Origin: the human T2T-CHM13v2.0 reference genome, Homo sapiens
Assembly: GCF_009914755.1 (NCBI RefSeq)
Contig: NC_060948.1
Strand: one strand, 5' to 3'
DNA length: 64,000 nucleotides
The notes beneath the pieces were generated by a model that saw only the letters and a program-made list of their open reading frames with translations, ran no database searches and was not told where the DNA came from. Position 1 is the first letter of the stretch. Each line of letters starts with the position of its first letter. Positions 14,187 through 28,365 of this stretch are shown piece by piece. The translations under genes and the position numbers were made by a program.

Positions 14187-17100
14187 ATGGAATCGAATGG
14201 AAAGGACTCGAATGGAAATCACTCGAATAGAATGCAATTTAATAAAATAGGATCAAATGTAATGGAATGGAATGGAAAGGAATCGAAACGAAAGGAATGG
14301 AGACAGATGGAATGGAATGGAACAGAGAGCAATGGTATAGAATGGAATGGAATCATCTGGAATGGAATTGAATGGAATGGAATAATATGAAATGGAATGG
14401 AATGGAATGGAATGCCCTTGAATTAAATGGACTGGAATGGAATGGACTCAAAGAGAGTGGAATGGAAAGTGTTGAAATAGAATGGAATGGACTCGTTTGG
14501 AATGGTCTAGTATGCAATGCAATCGACTGGCAGGGAATCAAGAGGAATGTAATCGAATGGATTGGACTGGAATGCAATGGACTCGAATAGATTGGAAACG
14601 GAATGCAAAGGAATGGAATGGAATAGTATGGAATGGAATGGAAAGGAATGGAGTGGAATAGACTAGAGTGGAATGGAATGGACTCGAAAGCAATGGACTG
14701 GAATGGAACTTTCTTGAATGGACTGGAATCAAACGGAATGGAATGCAATGCAATCAAATGGCATGGAATAAAATAGAATGAAAGAGAATCAAATGGAATT
14801 GAATCGAATGGAATCGAATGGATTGGAAAGGAATAGAATGGAATGGAATGGAATTGACTCAAATGGAATGGACTAGAATGGAATGGATTCGAATGGAAGG
14901 CAAAGGAATGGAATCTATTGGAATGGACTGTAATGGAATGGAATGGAAGGGATTGGAATGGACTCGAATGGAATGGACTGCAATAGAAAGGATTCGAATG
15001 GAATGAAAAAGAATTGAATGGAATAGAACAGAATGGAATCAAATCGAATGAAATGGAATGGAAGAGAAAGGAATGGAATGAAATGGAATGGAAAGGATTC
15101 GAATGGAATGCAATCGAATGGAATGCAATCGAATGGAATGGAATCGAACGGAATGGAATAAAATGGAAGAAAACTGGCAAGAAATGGAATCGAAATGAAT
15201 GGAGTGTTATGGAACGGACTCAAAAGGAATTGAATGTAATAGAATGGAGTGGAGTGGACTCGAATATAATGGACTGGAATGGAATGAAATCACATGGAAT
15301 GGGAACGAATGGAATGGAATGGAAAGGAATGGAATGGAAAGGAATGGAATCGAATGGAAAGGAATCGAATGGAAGGGAATGAAATTGAATCAACAGGAAT
15401 GGAAGGAAGTAGAATAGACGGTAATGGAATGGACTCGAATAGAATGGACACGAATGCTCAAATTGAATGGACTCGAATGGAATGGAAACGAAAGGAATGT
15501 CGTCGAATGGAATTGAATCGATTGGAATGAAATCGCATAGAATGGAGTGGAATCAAATGGAATTGAATCGAAAGGAAAGGAAGCGAATGGTCTGAAATGA
15601 AATGGAATGGAATTGAATGGAAAGTAATGCAAGGGAATAGAATGGAACGAAATTTCACGGAATGGAATCAAACTGAATGGAATCAAATCAATGGAATATA
15701 ATCAAATGGCATGGAAAGGAATTGAATGGAGTAGATTGGATTGGATGGGATTGGAATGAAATGTACTGGAAAGGACTCGAATTTCATGAAATGGAATGGA
15801 ATGAACTGGAACGGAATGGACTCGAATGGAATGGAATGTCATGGAATGGCATCAAATGGAATGGCATCAAATGGAATGGAATCGAATGCAATGGAATGTT
15901 ATGGAATGGAATGGAATGCATTGGAATGGAATGTCCCCTAATGGAATGGATTCGAGGGGAATGGAATCGAATATAATGGAGTCGAATGAAATGGAATTGA
16001 AAGGAAAGGGATCGAATACAATGGAATATACTGGAATGTAATGTAATGAACTCGAATGTAATTGACTAGAATGGAATGTACATGAATGGAATGTAATCGA
16101 ATGGAAAATAATCTCATGGAATAGAATCTAATGCAATAAAATCGACTCAAATAGAATAGAATGGAATGGAATGGAGTGCAGTGCAATGGAATGGAATGGA
16201 ATGGAATGCAATGGAATGGAATGGAATGGGATGGAATGGTATGGGATGGATAGAAATGGACTGGAGTGAAATGGACTGGAAAGTAATGGACTCAAATTGA
16301 AAGAGCTCGAAAGAATGGAGTCAAATGGAATGGTCTGGAATGGAATGAACACGAATGTAATGCAATCCAATAGAATGGAATCGAATGGCATGGAATATAA
16401 AGAAATGGAATCGAAGAGAATGGAAACGAATGGAATGGAGTTGAATGGAATGGAATTGAATGGAATGGGAACGAATGGAGTGAAATTGTATGCAGTAGAA
16501 GAGAATAGAATGGAATGCAAGCGAAATTAAAGGAATGGATTGGAATGGAATGGAATTCATTGGAATGGAAGGGAATGTATTGCAATGGACAGGCCTTTAA
16601 TAAAGTGGAATGCTACGGTCTCGAATGGAATAAAAATGTATGGAATGGAATTCAATGAAACGGAATCGAATGTCATAGAATGTAATGGAATGCAAAAAAA
16701 TGGAATCCAAAATCATTGACTGGAAAGGCTGGGTGTCGAAAGGAATTGACTCCAATGGAATGAAATCGAATGGAATGGAAGTGAATAGAATCGAAGTAAA
16801 TCGAATGGAATGGAATTGTTAGGAACGGAATGGAAAGGAGTGCAATGATTTGGCATGGAATGGAATCGAATGGCATTGAATGGAGTGGAATGGAATGCAA
16901 TGGAATGGAATGTATTAGAATGTAATGAACATTAATGGAATGTACTCGAATGCATTCGACTGGAATGGAATGTTCTGGAAGTGAATGGACTCCAATGGAA
17001 TGGATTCGAAAGGAATGGAATCTAATGGAATGGAATTAAATGGAAACGAATCAAATTGAATAGCACGGAATTGAATTGAATGGAATCGAATGCAATGGAA

Positions 17101-17734
17101 TCTAATGAAATGGAAAGGAAAGGAATGGAATGGAATGGAATGGGCTGGAGTTGAATGGAATCGATACGAATGGAATGGAATAGAACTGAAGAGACTGGAA
17201 TGGAATTCACTGGAATGGAAGGGAGTGTAATGGAAGGATCTCGAAAAAAATGGAATCGAATGGAATGGAATTGAATGGAACGGAATAGAGTCGAATGGAA
17301 TTCAATGGAATTGAATGGACTAGAGTGAAATGGAATCGAACCACAAGGAATGGAGAGGAATAGAATGGTCTCGAATTGAATGGAATCGTATGGAATGGCA
17401 TCAAACGGAATGGAATGGACAGCCACGGAATGGAATGCACTCGAATGCAATGGAGTCGAAACTAATGGACTGGAATAGAATGGACTCGACTGGTACGGAC
17501 TCCAATGGAATGGAATCGAAAGGAAGGGAATCGAACGGAATGGACTCGAAGGGAAAAGACTGCAATGGAAAGGTCTCGAATGGAATGGAAATTAATGGAA
17601 TGGAATGGAATCGAATGAAATGGAGTCAAAAGGAATGGAATCGAATGGCAAGAAATCGAATGTAATGGAATCGCAAGGAATTGATGTGAACGGAACGGAA
17701 TGGAATGGAATCCAAAGGAATGGAATAGAATGGA
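14187..17734. repeat. DYZ1 unit 5 (3548 bp), X+Z type
   Basis: Anchors 14187/17735. X markers, then GTCCCCTA, GAGCTC (16303) and AGGCCTTTAA. Confidence 0.9.
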
Positions 17735-20700
17735 ATGGAATCGAATGGAAAGGACTCGAATGGAAATCACTCGAATAGAATGCAATTTAATAAAATAGGA
17801 TCAAATGTAATGGAATGGAATGGAAAGGAATCGAAACGAAAGGAATGGAGACAGATGGAATGGAATGGAACAGAGAGCAATGGTATAGAATGGAATGGAA
17901 TCATCTGGAATGGAATTGAATGGAATGGAATAATATGAAATGGAATGGAATGGAATGGAATGCCCTTGAATTAAATGGACTGGAATGGAATGGACTCAAA
18001 GAGAGTGGAATGGAAAGTGTTGAAATAGAATGGAATGGACTCGTTTGGAATGGTCTAGTATGCAATGCAATCGACTGGCAGGGAATCAAGAGGAATGTAA
18101 TCGAATGGATTGGACTGGAATGCAATGGACTCGAATAGATTGGAAACGGAATGCAAAGGAATGGAATGGAATAGTATGGAATGGAATGCAAAGGAATGGA
18201 GTGGAATAGACTAGAGTGGAATGGAATGGACTCGAAAGCAATGGACTGGAATGGAACTTTCTTGAATGGACTGGAATCAAACGGAATGGAATGCAATGCA
18301 ATCAAATGGCATGGAATAAAATAGAATGAAAGAGAATCAAATGGAATTGAATCGAATGGAATCGAATGGATTGGAAAGGAATAGAATGGAATGGAATGGA
18401 ATTGACTCAAATGGAATGGACTAGAATGGAATGGATTCGAATGGAAGGCAAAGGAATGGAATCTATTGGAATGGACTGTAATGGAATGGAATGGAAGGGA
18501 TTGGAATGGACTCGAATGGAATGGACTGCAATAGAAAGGATTCGAATGGAATGAAAAAGAATTGAATGGAATAGAACAGAATGGAATCAAATCGAATGAA
18601 ATGGAATGGAAGAGAAAGGAATGGAATGAAATGGAATGGAAAGGATTCGAATGGAATGCAATCGAATGGAATGCAATGGAATGGAATGGAATCGAACGGA
18701 ATGGAATAAAATGGAAGAAAACTGGCAAGAAATGGAATCGAAATGAATGGAGTGTTATGGAACGGACTCAAAAGGAATTGAATGTAATAGAATGGAGTGG
18801 AGTGGACTCGAATATAATGGACTGGAATGGAATGAAATCACATGGAATGGGAACGAATGGAATGGAATGGAAAGGAATGGAATGGAAAGGAATGGAATCG
18901 AATGGAAGGGAATGAAATTGAATCAACAGGAATGGAAGGAAGTAGAATAGACGGTAATGGAATGGACTCGAATAGAATGGACACGAATGCTCAAATTGAA
19001 TGGACTCGAATGGAATGGAAACGAAAGGAATGTCGTCGAATGGAATTGAATCGATTGGAATGAAATCGCATAGAATGGAGTGGAATCAAATGGAATTGAA
19101 TCGAAAGGAAAGGAAGCGAATGGTCTGAAATGAAATGGAATGGAATTGAATGGAAAGTAATGCAAGGGAATAGAATGGAACGAAATTTCACGGAATGGAA
19201 TCAAACTGAATGGAATCAAATCAATGGAATATAATCAAATGGCATGGAAAGGAATTGAATGGAGTAGATTGGATTGGATGGGATTGGAATGAAATGTACT
19301 GGAAAGGACTCGAATTTCATGAAATGGAATGGAATGAACTGGAACGGAATGGACTCGAATGGAATGGAATGTCATGGAATGGCATCAAATGGAATGGCAT
19401 CAAATGGAATGGAATCGAATGCAATGGAATGTTATGGAATGGAATGGAATGCATTGGAATGGAATGTCCCCTAATGGAATGGATTCGAGTGGAATGGAAT
19501 CGAATATAATGGAGTCGAATGAAATGGAATTGAAAGGAAAGGGATCGAATACAATGGAATATAGTGGAATGTAATGTAATGAACTCGAATGTAATTGACT
19601 AGAATGGAATGTACATGAATGGAATGTAATCGAATGGAAAATAATCTCATGGAATAGAATCTAATGCAATAAAATCGACTCAAATAGAATAGAATGGAAT
19701 GGAATGGAGTGCAGTGCAATGGAATGGAATGGAATGGAATGCAATGGAATGGAATGGAATGGGATGGAATGGTATGGGATGGATAGAAATGGACTGGAGT
19801 GAAATGGACTGGAAAGTAATGGACTCAAATTGAAAGAGCTCGAAAGAATGGAGTCAAATGGAATGGTCTGGAATGGAATGAACACGAATGTAATGCAATC
19901 CAATAGAATGGAATCGAATGGCATGGAATATAAAGAAATGGAATCGAAGAGAATGGAAACGAATGGAATGGAGTTGAATAGAATGGAATTGAATGGAATG
20001 GGAACGAATGGAGTGAAATTGTATGCAGTAGAAGAGAATAGAATGGAATGCAAGCGAAATTAAAGGAATGGATTGGAATGGAATGGAATTCATTGGAATG
20101 GAAGGGAATGTATTGCAATGGACAGGCCTTTAATAAAGTGGAATGCTACGGTCTCGAATGGAATAAAAATGTATGGAATGGAATTCAATGAAACGGAATC
20201 GAATGTCATAGAATGTAATGGAATGCAAAAAAATGGAATCCAAAATCATTGACTGGAAAGGCTGGGTGTCGAAAGGAATTGACTCCAATGGAATGAAATC
20301 GAATGGAATGGAAGTGAATAGAATCGAAGTAAATCGAATGGAATGGAATTGTTAGGAACGGAATGGAAAGGAGTGCAATGATTTGGCATGGAATGGAATC
20401 GAATGGCATTGAATGGAGTGGAATGGAATGCAATGGAATGGAATGTATTAGAATGTAATGAACATTAATGGAATGTACTCGAATGGATTCGACTTTAATG
20501 GAATGTTCTGGAAGTGAATGGACTCCAATGGAATGGATTCGAAAGGAATGGAATCTAATGGAATGGAATTAAATGGAAACGAATCAAATTGAATAGCACG
20601 GAATTGAATTGAATGGAATCGAATGCAATGGAATCTAATGAAATGGAAAGGAAAGGAATGGAATGGAATGGAATGGGCTGGAGTTGAATGGAATCGATAC

Positions 20701-21267
20701 GAATGGAATGGAATAGAACTGAAGAGACTGGAATGGAATTCACTGGAATGGAAGGGAGTGTAATGGAAGGATCTCGAAAAAAATGGAATCGAATGGAATG
20801 GAATTGAATGGAACGGAATAGAGTCGAATGGAATTCAATGGAATTGAATGGACTAGAGTGAAATGGAATCGAACCACAAGGAATGGAGAGGAATAGAATG
20901 GTCTCGAATTGAATGGAATCGTATGGAATGACATCAAACGGAATGGAATGGACAGCCACGGAATGGAATGCACTCGAATGCAATGGAGTCGAAACTAATG
21001 GACTGGAATAGAATGGACACGACTGGTACGGACTCCAATGGAATGGAATCGAAAGGAAGGGAATCGAACGGAATGGACTCGAAGGGAAAAGACTGCAATG
21101 GAAAGGTCTCGAATGGAATGGAAATTAATGGAATGGAATGGAATCGAATGAAATGGAGTCAAAAGGAATGGAATCGAATGGCAAGAAATCGAATGTAATG
21201 GAATCGCAAGGAATTGATGTGAACGGAACGGAATGGAATGGAATCCAAAGGAATGGAATAGAATGGA
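17735..21267. repeat. DYZ1 unit 6 (3533 bp), X+Z type
   Basis: Anchors 17735/21268. Near copy of unit 5 minus one 15-bp block; GAGCTC at 19836. Confidence 0.9.
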
Positions 21268-24200
21268 ATGGAATCGAATGGAAAGGACTCGAATGGAAAT
21301 CACTCGAATAGAATGCAATTTAATAAAATAGGATCAAATGTAATGGAATGGAATGGAAAGGAATCGAAACGAAAGGAATGGAGACAGATGGAATGGAATG
21401 GAACAGAGAGCAATGGTATAGAATGGAATGGAATCATCTGGAATGGAATTGAATGGAATGGAATAACATGAAATGGAATGGAATGGAATGGAATGCCCTT
21501 GAATTAAATGGACTGGAATGGAATGGACTCGAACAGAGTGGAATGGAAAGTGTTGAAATAGAATGGAATGGACTCGTTTGGAATGGTCTAGTATGCAATG
21601 CAATCGACTGGCAGGGAATCAAAAGGAATGTAATCGAATGGATTGGACTGGAATGCAATGGACTCGAATAGATTGGAAAGGGAATGCAAAGGAATGGAAT
21701 GGAATAGTATGGAATGGAATGGAAAGGAATGGAGTGGAATAGACTAGAGTGGAATGGAATGGACTGGAAAGCAATGGACTGGAATGGAACTTTCTTGAAT
21801 GGACTGGAATCAAACGGAATGGAATGCAATGCAATCAAATGGCATGGAATAAAATGGAATGAATGGGAATCAAATGGAATTGAATCGAATGGAATCGAAT
21901 GGATTGGAAAGGAATAGAATGGAATGGAATGGAATTGACACAAATGGAATGGACTAGAATGGAATGGATTCGAATGGAAGGCAAAGGAATGGAATCTATT
22001 GGAATGGACTGTAATGGAATGGAATGGAAGGGATTGGAATGGACTCGAATGGAATGGACTGCAATAGAAAGGATTCGAATGGAATGAAAAAGAATTGAAT
22101 GGAATAGAACAGAATGGAATCAAATCGAATGAAATGGAATGGAATAGAAAGGAATGGAATGAAATGGAATGGAAAGGATTCGAATGGAATGCAATCGAAT
22201 GGAATGGAATCGAACGGAATGGAATAAAATGGAAGAAAACTGGCAAGAAATGGAATCGAAATGAATGGAGTGTTATGGAACGGACTCAAAAGGAATTGAA
22301 TGTAATAGAATGGAGTGGAGTGGACTCGAATATAATGGACTAGAATGGAATGAAATCACATGGAATGGGAACGAATGGAATGGAATGGAAAGGAATGGAA
22401 TCGAATGGAAAGGAATCGAATGGAAGGGAATGAAATTGAATCAACAGGAATGGAAGGGAATAGAATAGACGGTAATGGAATGGACTCGAATAGAATGGAC
22501 ACGAATGCTCAAATTGAATGGACTCGAATGGAATGGAAACGAAAGGAATGTCATCGAATGGAATTGAATCGATTGGAATGAAATCGCATAGAATGGAGTG
22601 GAATCAAATGGAATTGAATCGAAAGGAAAGGAAGCGAATGGACTGAAATGAAATGGAATGGAATTGAATGGAAAGTAATGCAATGGAATAGAATGGAACG
22701 AAATTTCACGGAATGGAATCAAATCAATGGAATCAAATCAAATGGAATGCAAAGGAATAGAATGGAGTATATTGGATTGGATGGGATTGGAATGAAATGT
22801 ACTGGAAAGGACTCGAATTTCATGAAACGGAATGGAATGAATTGGAACGGAATGGACTCGAATGGAATGGAATGTCATGGAATGGCATCAAATGGAATGG
22901 CATCAAATGGAATGGAATCGAATGCAACGGAATGCTATGGAATGGAATGGAATGCATTGGAATGGAATGTCCTCTAATGGAATGGATTCGAGTGGAATGG
23001 AATCGAATATAATGGAGTCGAATGAAATGGAACTGAAAGGAATGGGATCGAATACAATGGAATATACTGGAATGTAATATAATGAACTCGAATGTAATTG
23101 ACTGGAATGGAATGTACATGAATGGAATGTAATCGAATGCAAAGTAATCCAATGGAATAGAATCTAATGCAATAAAATCGACTCAGATAGAGTAGAATGT
23201 AATGGAATGGAGTGCAGTGCAATGGAATGGAATGCAATGGAATGGAATGGAATGGAATGGAATGGAATGGAATGGAATGGGATGGGATGGAATGGTATGG
23301 AATGGATAGTAATGGACTGGAGTGAAATGGACTGGAAAGGAATGGACTCAAATTGAAAGGGCTCGAAAGGAATGGAGTCAAATGGAATGGTCTGGAATGG
23401 AATGAACACGAATGTAATGCAATCCAATAGAATGGAATCGAATGGCATGGAATATAAAGAAATGGAATCGAAGAGAATGGAAACAAATGGAATGGAATTG
23501 AATGGAATGGAATTGAATGGAATGGGAACGAATGGAGTGAAATTGTATGCAGTAGAAGGGAATAGAATGGAATGCAAGCGAAAGGAAAGGAATGGATTGG
23601 AATGGAATGGAATTCATTGGAATGGAAGGGAATGTAGTGTAATGGACAGGCCTGGAATAAAGTGGAATGCTACGGTCTCGAATGGAATAAAAATGTATGG
23701 AATGGAATGCAATGAAACGGAATCGAATGTCATAGAATGTAATGGAATGCAAAAAAATGGAATCCAAAATCATTGACTGGAAAGGCTGGGTGTCGAAAGG
23801 AATTGACTCCAATGGAATGGAATCGAATGGAATGGAAGTGAATAGAATCGAACTAAATCGAATGGAATGGAATTGATAGGAACGGAATGGAAAGGAATGC
23901 AATGATTTGGCATGGAATGGAATCGAATGGCATCGAATGGAATGGAATGGAATGCAATGGAATGGAATGTATTAGAATGTAATGAACTTTAATGGAATGT
24001 ACTCGAATGGATTCGACTGGAATGGAATGTTCTGGAAGTGAATGGACTCCAATGGAATGGATTCAAAAGGAATGGAATCGTACGGAATGGAATCTAATGG
24101 AATGGAATTAAATGGAAATGAATCAAATTGAATAGCACGGAATTGAATTGAATGGAATGGAATGCAATGGAATCTAATGAAACGGAAAGGAAAGGAATGG

Positions 24201-24806
24201 AATGGAATGGAATGGGCTGGAATGGAAAGGAATCGAAACGAATGGAATGGAATCGAAGTGAAGAGACTGGAATGGAATGCACTGGAATGGAAGGGAGTGT
24301 AATGGAAGGTTCTCGAAAAAAATGGAATCGAATGGAATGGAATTGAATGGAACGGAATAGAGTCGAATGGAATTGAATGGAATGGAATGGACTAGAGTGA
24401 AATGGAATCGAACCACAAGGAATGGACAGGAATAGAATGGTCTCGAATTGAATGGAATCGTATGGAATGGCATCAAACGGAATGGAATGGACAGCCACGG
24501 AATGGAATGCACTCGAATGCAATGGAGTCGAAACTAATGGACTGGAATAGAATGGACTCGACTGGTACGGACTCCAATGGAATGGAATCGAATGGAAGGG
24601 AATCGAACGGAATGGACTCGAAGGGAAAAGACTGCAATGGAAAGGTCTCGAATGGAATGGAAATTAATGGAATGGAATGGAATCGAATGAAATGGAGTCA
24701 AAAGGAATGGAATCGAATGGCAAGAAATCGAATGTAATGGAATCGCAAGGAATTGATGTGAACGGAACGGAATGGAATGGAATCCAAAGGAATGGAATAG
24801 AATGGA
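21268..24806. repeat. DYZ1 unit 7 (3539 bp), junction unit with many private variants
   Basis: Anchors 21268/24807. X-like start, private changes 21460-23290, 15-bp deletion near 22720. Confidence 0.9.
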
Positions 24807-27800
24807 ATGGAATCGAATGGAAAGGACTCGAATGGAAATCACTCGAATAGAATGCAATTTAATAAAATAGGATCAAATGTAATGGAATGGAATGGAAAGG
24901 AATCGAAACGAAAGGAATGGAGACAGATGGAATGGAATGGAACAGAGAGCAATGGTATAGAATGGAATGGAATCATCTGGAATGGAATTGAATGGAATGG
25001 AATAATATGAAATGGAATGGAATGGAATGGAATGGAATGGAATGCCCTTGAATTAAATGGACTGGAATGGAATGGACTCGAACAGAGTGGAATGGAAAGT
25101 TTTGAGATAGAATGGAATGGACTCCTTTGGAATGGTGTAGTATGCAATGCAATCGACTGGCAGGGAATCAAAAGGAATGTAATCGAATGGATTGGACTGG
25201 AATGCAATGGACTCGAATAGATTGGAAACGGAATGCAAAGGAATGGAATGGAATAGTATGGAATGGAATGGAAAGGAATGGAGTGGAATAGACTAGAGTG
25301 GAATGGAATGGACTGGAAAGCAATGGACTGGAATGGAACTTTCTTGAATGGACTGGAATCAAACGGAATGGAATGCAATGCAATCAAACGGCATGGAATA
25401 AAATAGAATGAAAGAGAATCAAATGGAATTGAATCGAATGGAATCGAATGGATTGGAAAGGAATAGAATGGAATGGAATGGAATTGACTCAAATGGAATG
25501 GACTAGAATGGAATGGATTCGAATGGAAGGCAAAGGAATGGAATCTTTTGGAATGGACTGTAATGGAATGGAATGGAAGGGATTGGAATGGACTCGAATG
25601 GAATGGACTGCAATAGATAGGATTCGAATGGAATGAAAAAGAATTGAATGGAATAGAACAGAATGGAATCAAATCGAATGAAATGGAATGGAATAGAAAG
25701 GAATGGAATGAAATGGAATGGAAAGGATTCGAATGGAATGCAATCGAATGGAATGGAATCGAACGGAATGGAATAAAATGGAAGAAAACTGGCAAGAAAT
25801 GGAATCGAAATGAATGGAGTGTTATGGAACGGACTCAAAAGGAATTGAATGTAATAGAATGGAGTGGAGTGGACTCGAATATAATGGACTGGAATGGAAT
25901 GAAATCACATGGAATGGGAACGAATGGAATGGAATGGAAAGGAATGGAATCGAATGGAAAGGAATCGAATGGAAGGGAATGAAATTGAATCAACAGGAAT
26001 GGAAGGGAATAGAATAGACGGTAATGGAATGGACTCGAATAGAATGGACACGAATGCTCAAATTGAATGGACTCGAATGGAATGGAAACGAAAGGAATGT
26101 CATCGAATGGAATTGAATCGATTGGAATGAAATCGCATAGAATGGAGTGGAATCAAATGGAATTGAATCGAAAGGAAAGGAAGCGAATGGACTGAAATGA
26201 AATGGAATGGAATTGAATGGAAAGTAATGCAATGGAATAGAATGGAACGAAATTTCACGGAATGGAATCAAACTGAATGGAATCAAATCAATGGAATCAA
26301 ATCAAATGGAATGGAAAGGAATTGAATGGAGTAGATTGGATTGGATGGGATTGGAATGAAATGTACTGGAAAGGACTCGAATTTCATGAAACGGAATGGA
26401 ATGAATTGGAACGGAATGGACTCGAATGGAATGGAATGTCATGGAATGGCATCAAATGGAATGGCATCAAATGGAATGGAATCGAATGCAATGGAATGCT
26501 ATGGAATGGAATGGAATGCATTGGAATGGAATGTCCTCTAATGGAATGGATTCGAGTGGAATGGAATCGAATATAATGGAGTCGAGTGAAATGGAATTGA
26601 AAGGAATGGGATCGAATAGAATGGAATATACTGGAATGTAATGTAATGAACTCGAATGTAATTGACTGGAATGGAATGTACATGAATGGAATGTAATCGA
26701 ATGGAAAGTAATCCAATGGAATAGAATCTAATGCAATAAAATCGACTCAGATAGAGTAGAATGTAATGGAATGGAGTGCAGTGCAATGGAATGGAATGGA
26801 ATGGAATGCAATGGAATGGAATGGAATGGAATGGAATGGAATGGGATGGAATGGTATGGAATGGACAGTAATGGACTGGAGTGAAATGGACTGCAAAGGA
26901 ATGGACTCAAATTGAAAGGGCTCGAAAGGAATGGAGACAAATGGAATGGTCTGGAATGGAATGAACACGAATGTAATGCAATCCAATAGAATGGAGTCGA
27001 ATGGCATGGAATATAAAGAAATGGAATCGAAGAGAATGGAAACAAATGGAATGGAATTGAATGGAATGGAATTGAATGGAATGGGAACGAATGGAGTGAA
27101 ATTGTATGCAGTAGAAGAGAATAGAATGGAATGCAAGCGAAAGGAAAGGAATGGATTGGAATGGAATGGAATTCATTGGAATGGAAGGGAATGTAGTGTA
27201 ATGGACAGGCCTGGAATAAAGTGGAATGCTACGGTCTCGAATGGTATAAAAATGTATGGAATGGAATGCAATGAAACGGAATCGAATGTCATAGAATGTA
27301 ATGGAATGCAAAAAAATGGAATCCAAAATCATTGACTGGAAAGGCTGGGTGTCGAAAGGAATTGACTCCAATGGAATGGAATCGAATGGAATGGAAGTGA
27401 ATAGAATCGAACTAAATCGAATGGAATGGAATTGATAGGAACGGAATGGAAAGGAATGCAATGATTTGGCATGGAATGCAATCGAATGGCATCGAATGGA
27501 ATGGAATGGAATGCAATGGAATTTAATGTATTAGAATGTAATGAACTTTAATGGAATGTACTCGAATGGATTCGACTGGAATGGAATGTTCTGGAAGTGA
27601 ATGGACTCCAATGGAATGGATTCCAAAGGAATGGAATCGTACGGAATGGAATCTAATGGAATGGAATTAAATGGAAATGAATCAAATTGAATAGCACGGA
27701 ATTGAATTGAATGGAATGCAATGCAATGGAATCTAATGAAACGGAAAGGAAAGGAATGGAATGGAATGGAATGGGCTGGAATGGAAAGGAATCGAAACGA

Positions 27801-28365
27801 ATGGAATGGAATCGAACTGAAGAGACTGGAATTGAATGCACTGGAATGGAAGGGAGTGTAATGGAAGGTTCTCGAAAAAAATGGAATCGAATGGAATGGA
27901 ATTGAATGGAACGGAATAGAGTCGAATGGAATTGAATGGAATGGAATGGACTAGAGTGAAATGGAATCGAACCACAAGGAATGGACAGGAATAGAATGGT
28001 CTCGAATTGAATGGAATCGTATGGAATGGCATCAAACGGAATGGAATGGACAGCCACGGAATGGAATGCACTCGAATGCAATGGAGTCGAAACTAATGGA
28101 CTGGAATAGAATGGACTCGACTGGTACGGACTCCAATGGAATGGAATCGAATGGAAGGGAATCGAACGGAATGGACTCGAAGGGAAAAGACTGCAATGGA
28201 AAGGTCTCGAATGGAATGGAAATTAATGGAATGGAATGGAATCGAATGAAATGGAGTCAAAAGGAATGGAATCGAATGGCAAGAAATCGAATGTAATGGA
28301 ATCGCAAGGAATTGATGTGAACGGAACGGAATGGATTGGAATCCAAAGGAATGGAATAGAATGGA
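24807..28365. repeat. DYZ1 unit 8 (3559 bp)
   Basis: Anchors 24807/28366. Second half shares unit-1 markers (GGAGACAAAT, TGGTATAAAA, TTCCAAAGG). Confidence 0.9.

Noticed and set aside
24839-25795. Longest ORF (318 aa, minus strand) and its 203-313 aa counterparts in other units
   Set aside because: Length and frame vary with 5-bp and 1-bp indels between units. The pyrimidine-rich strand is simply stop-poor.
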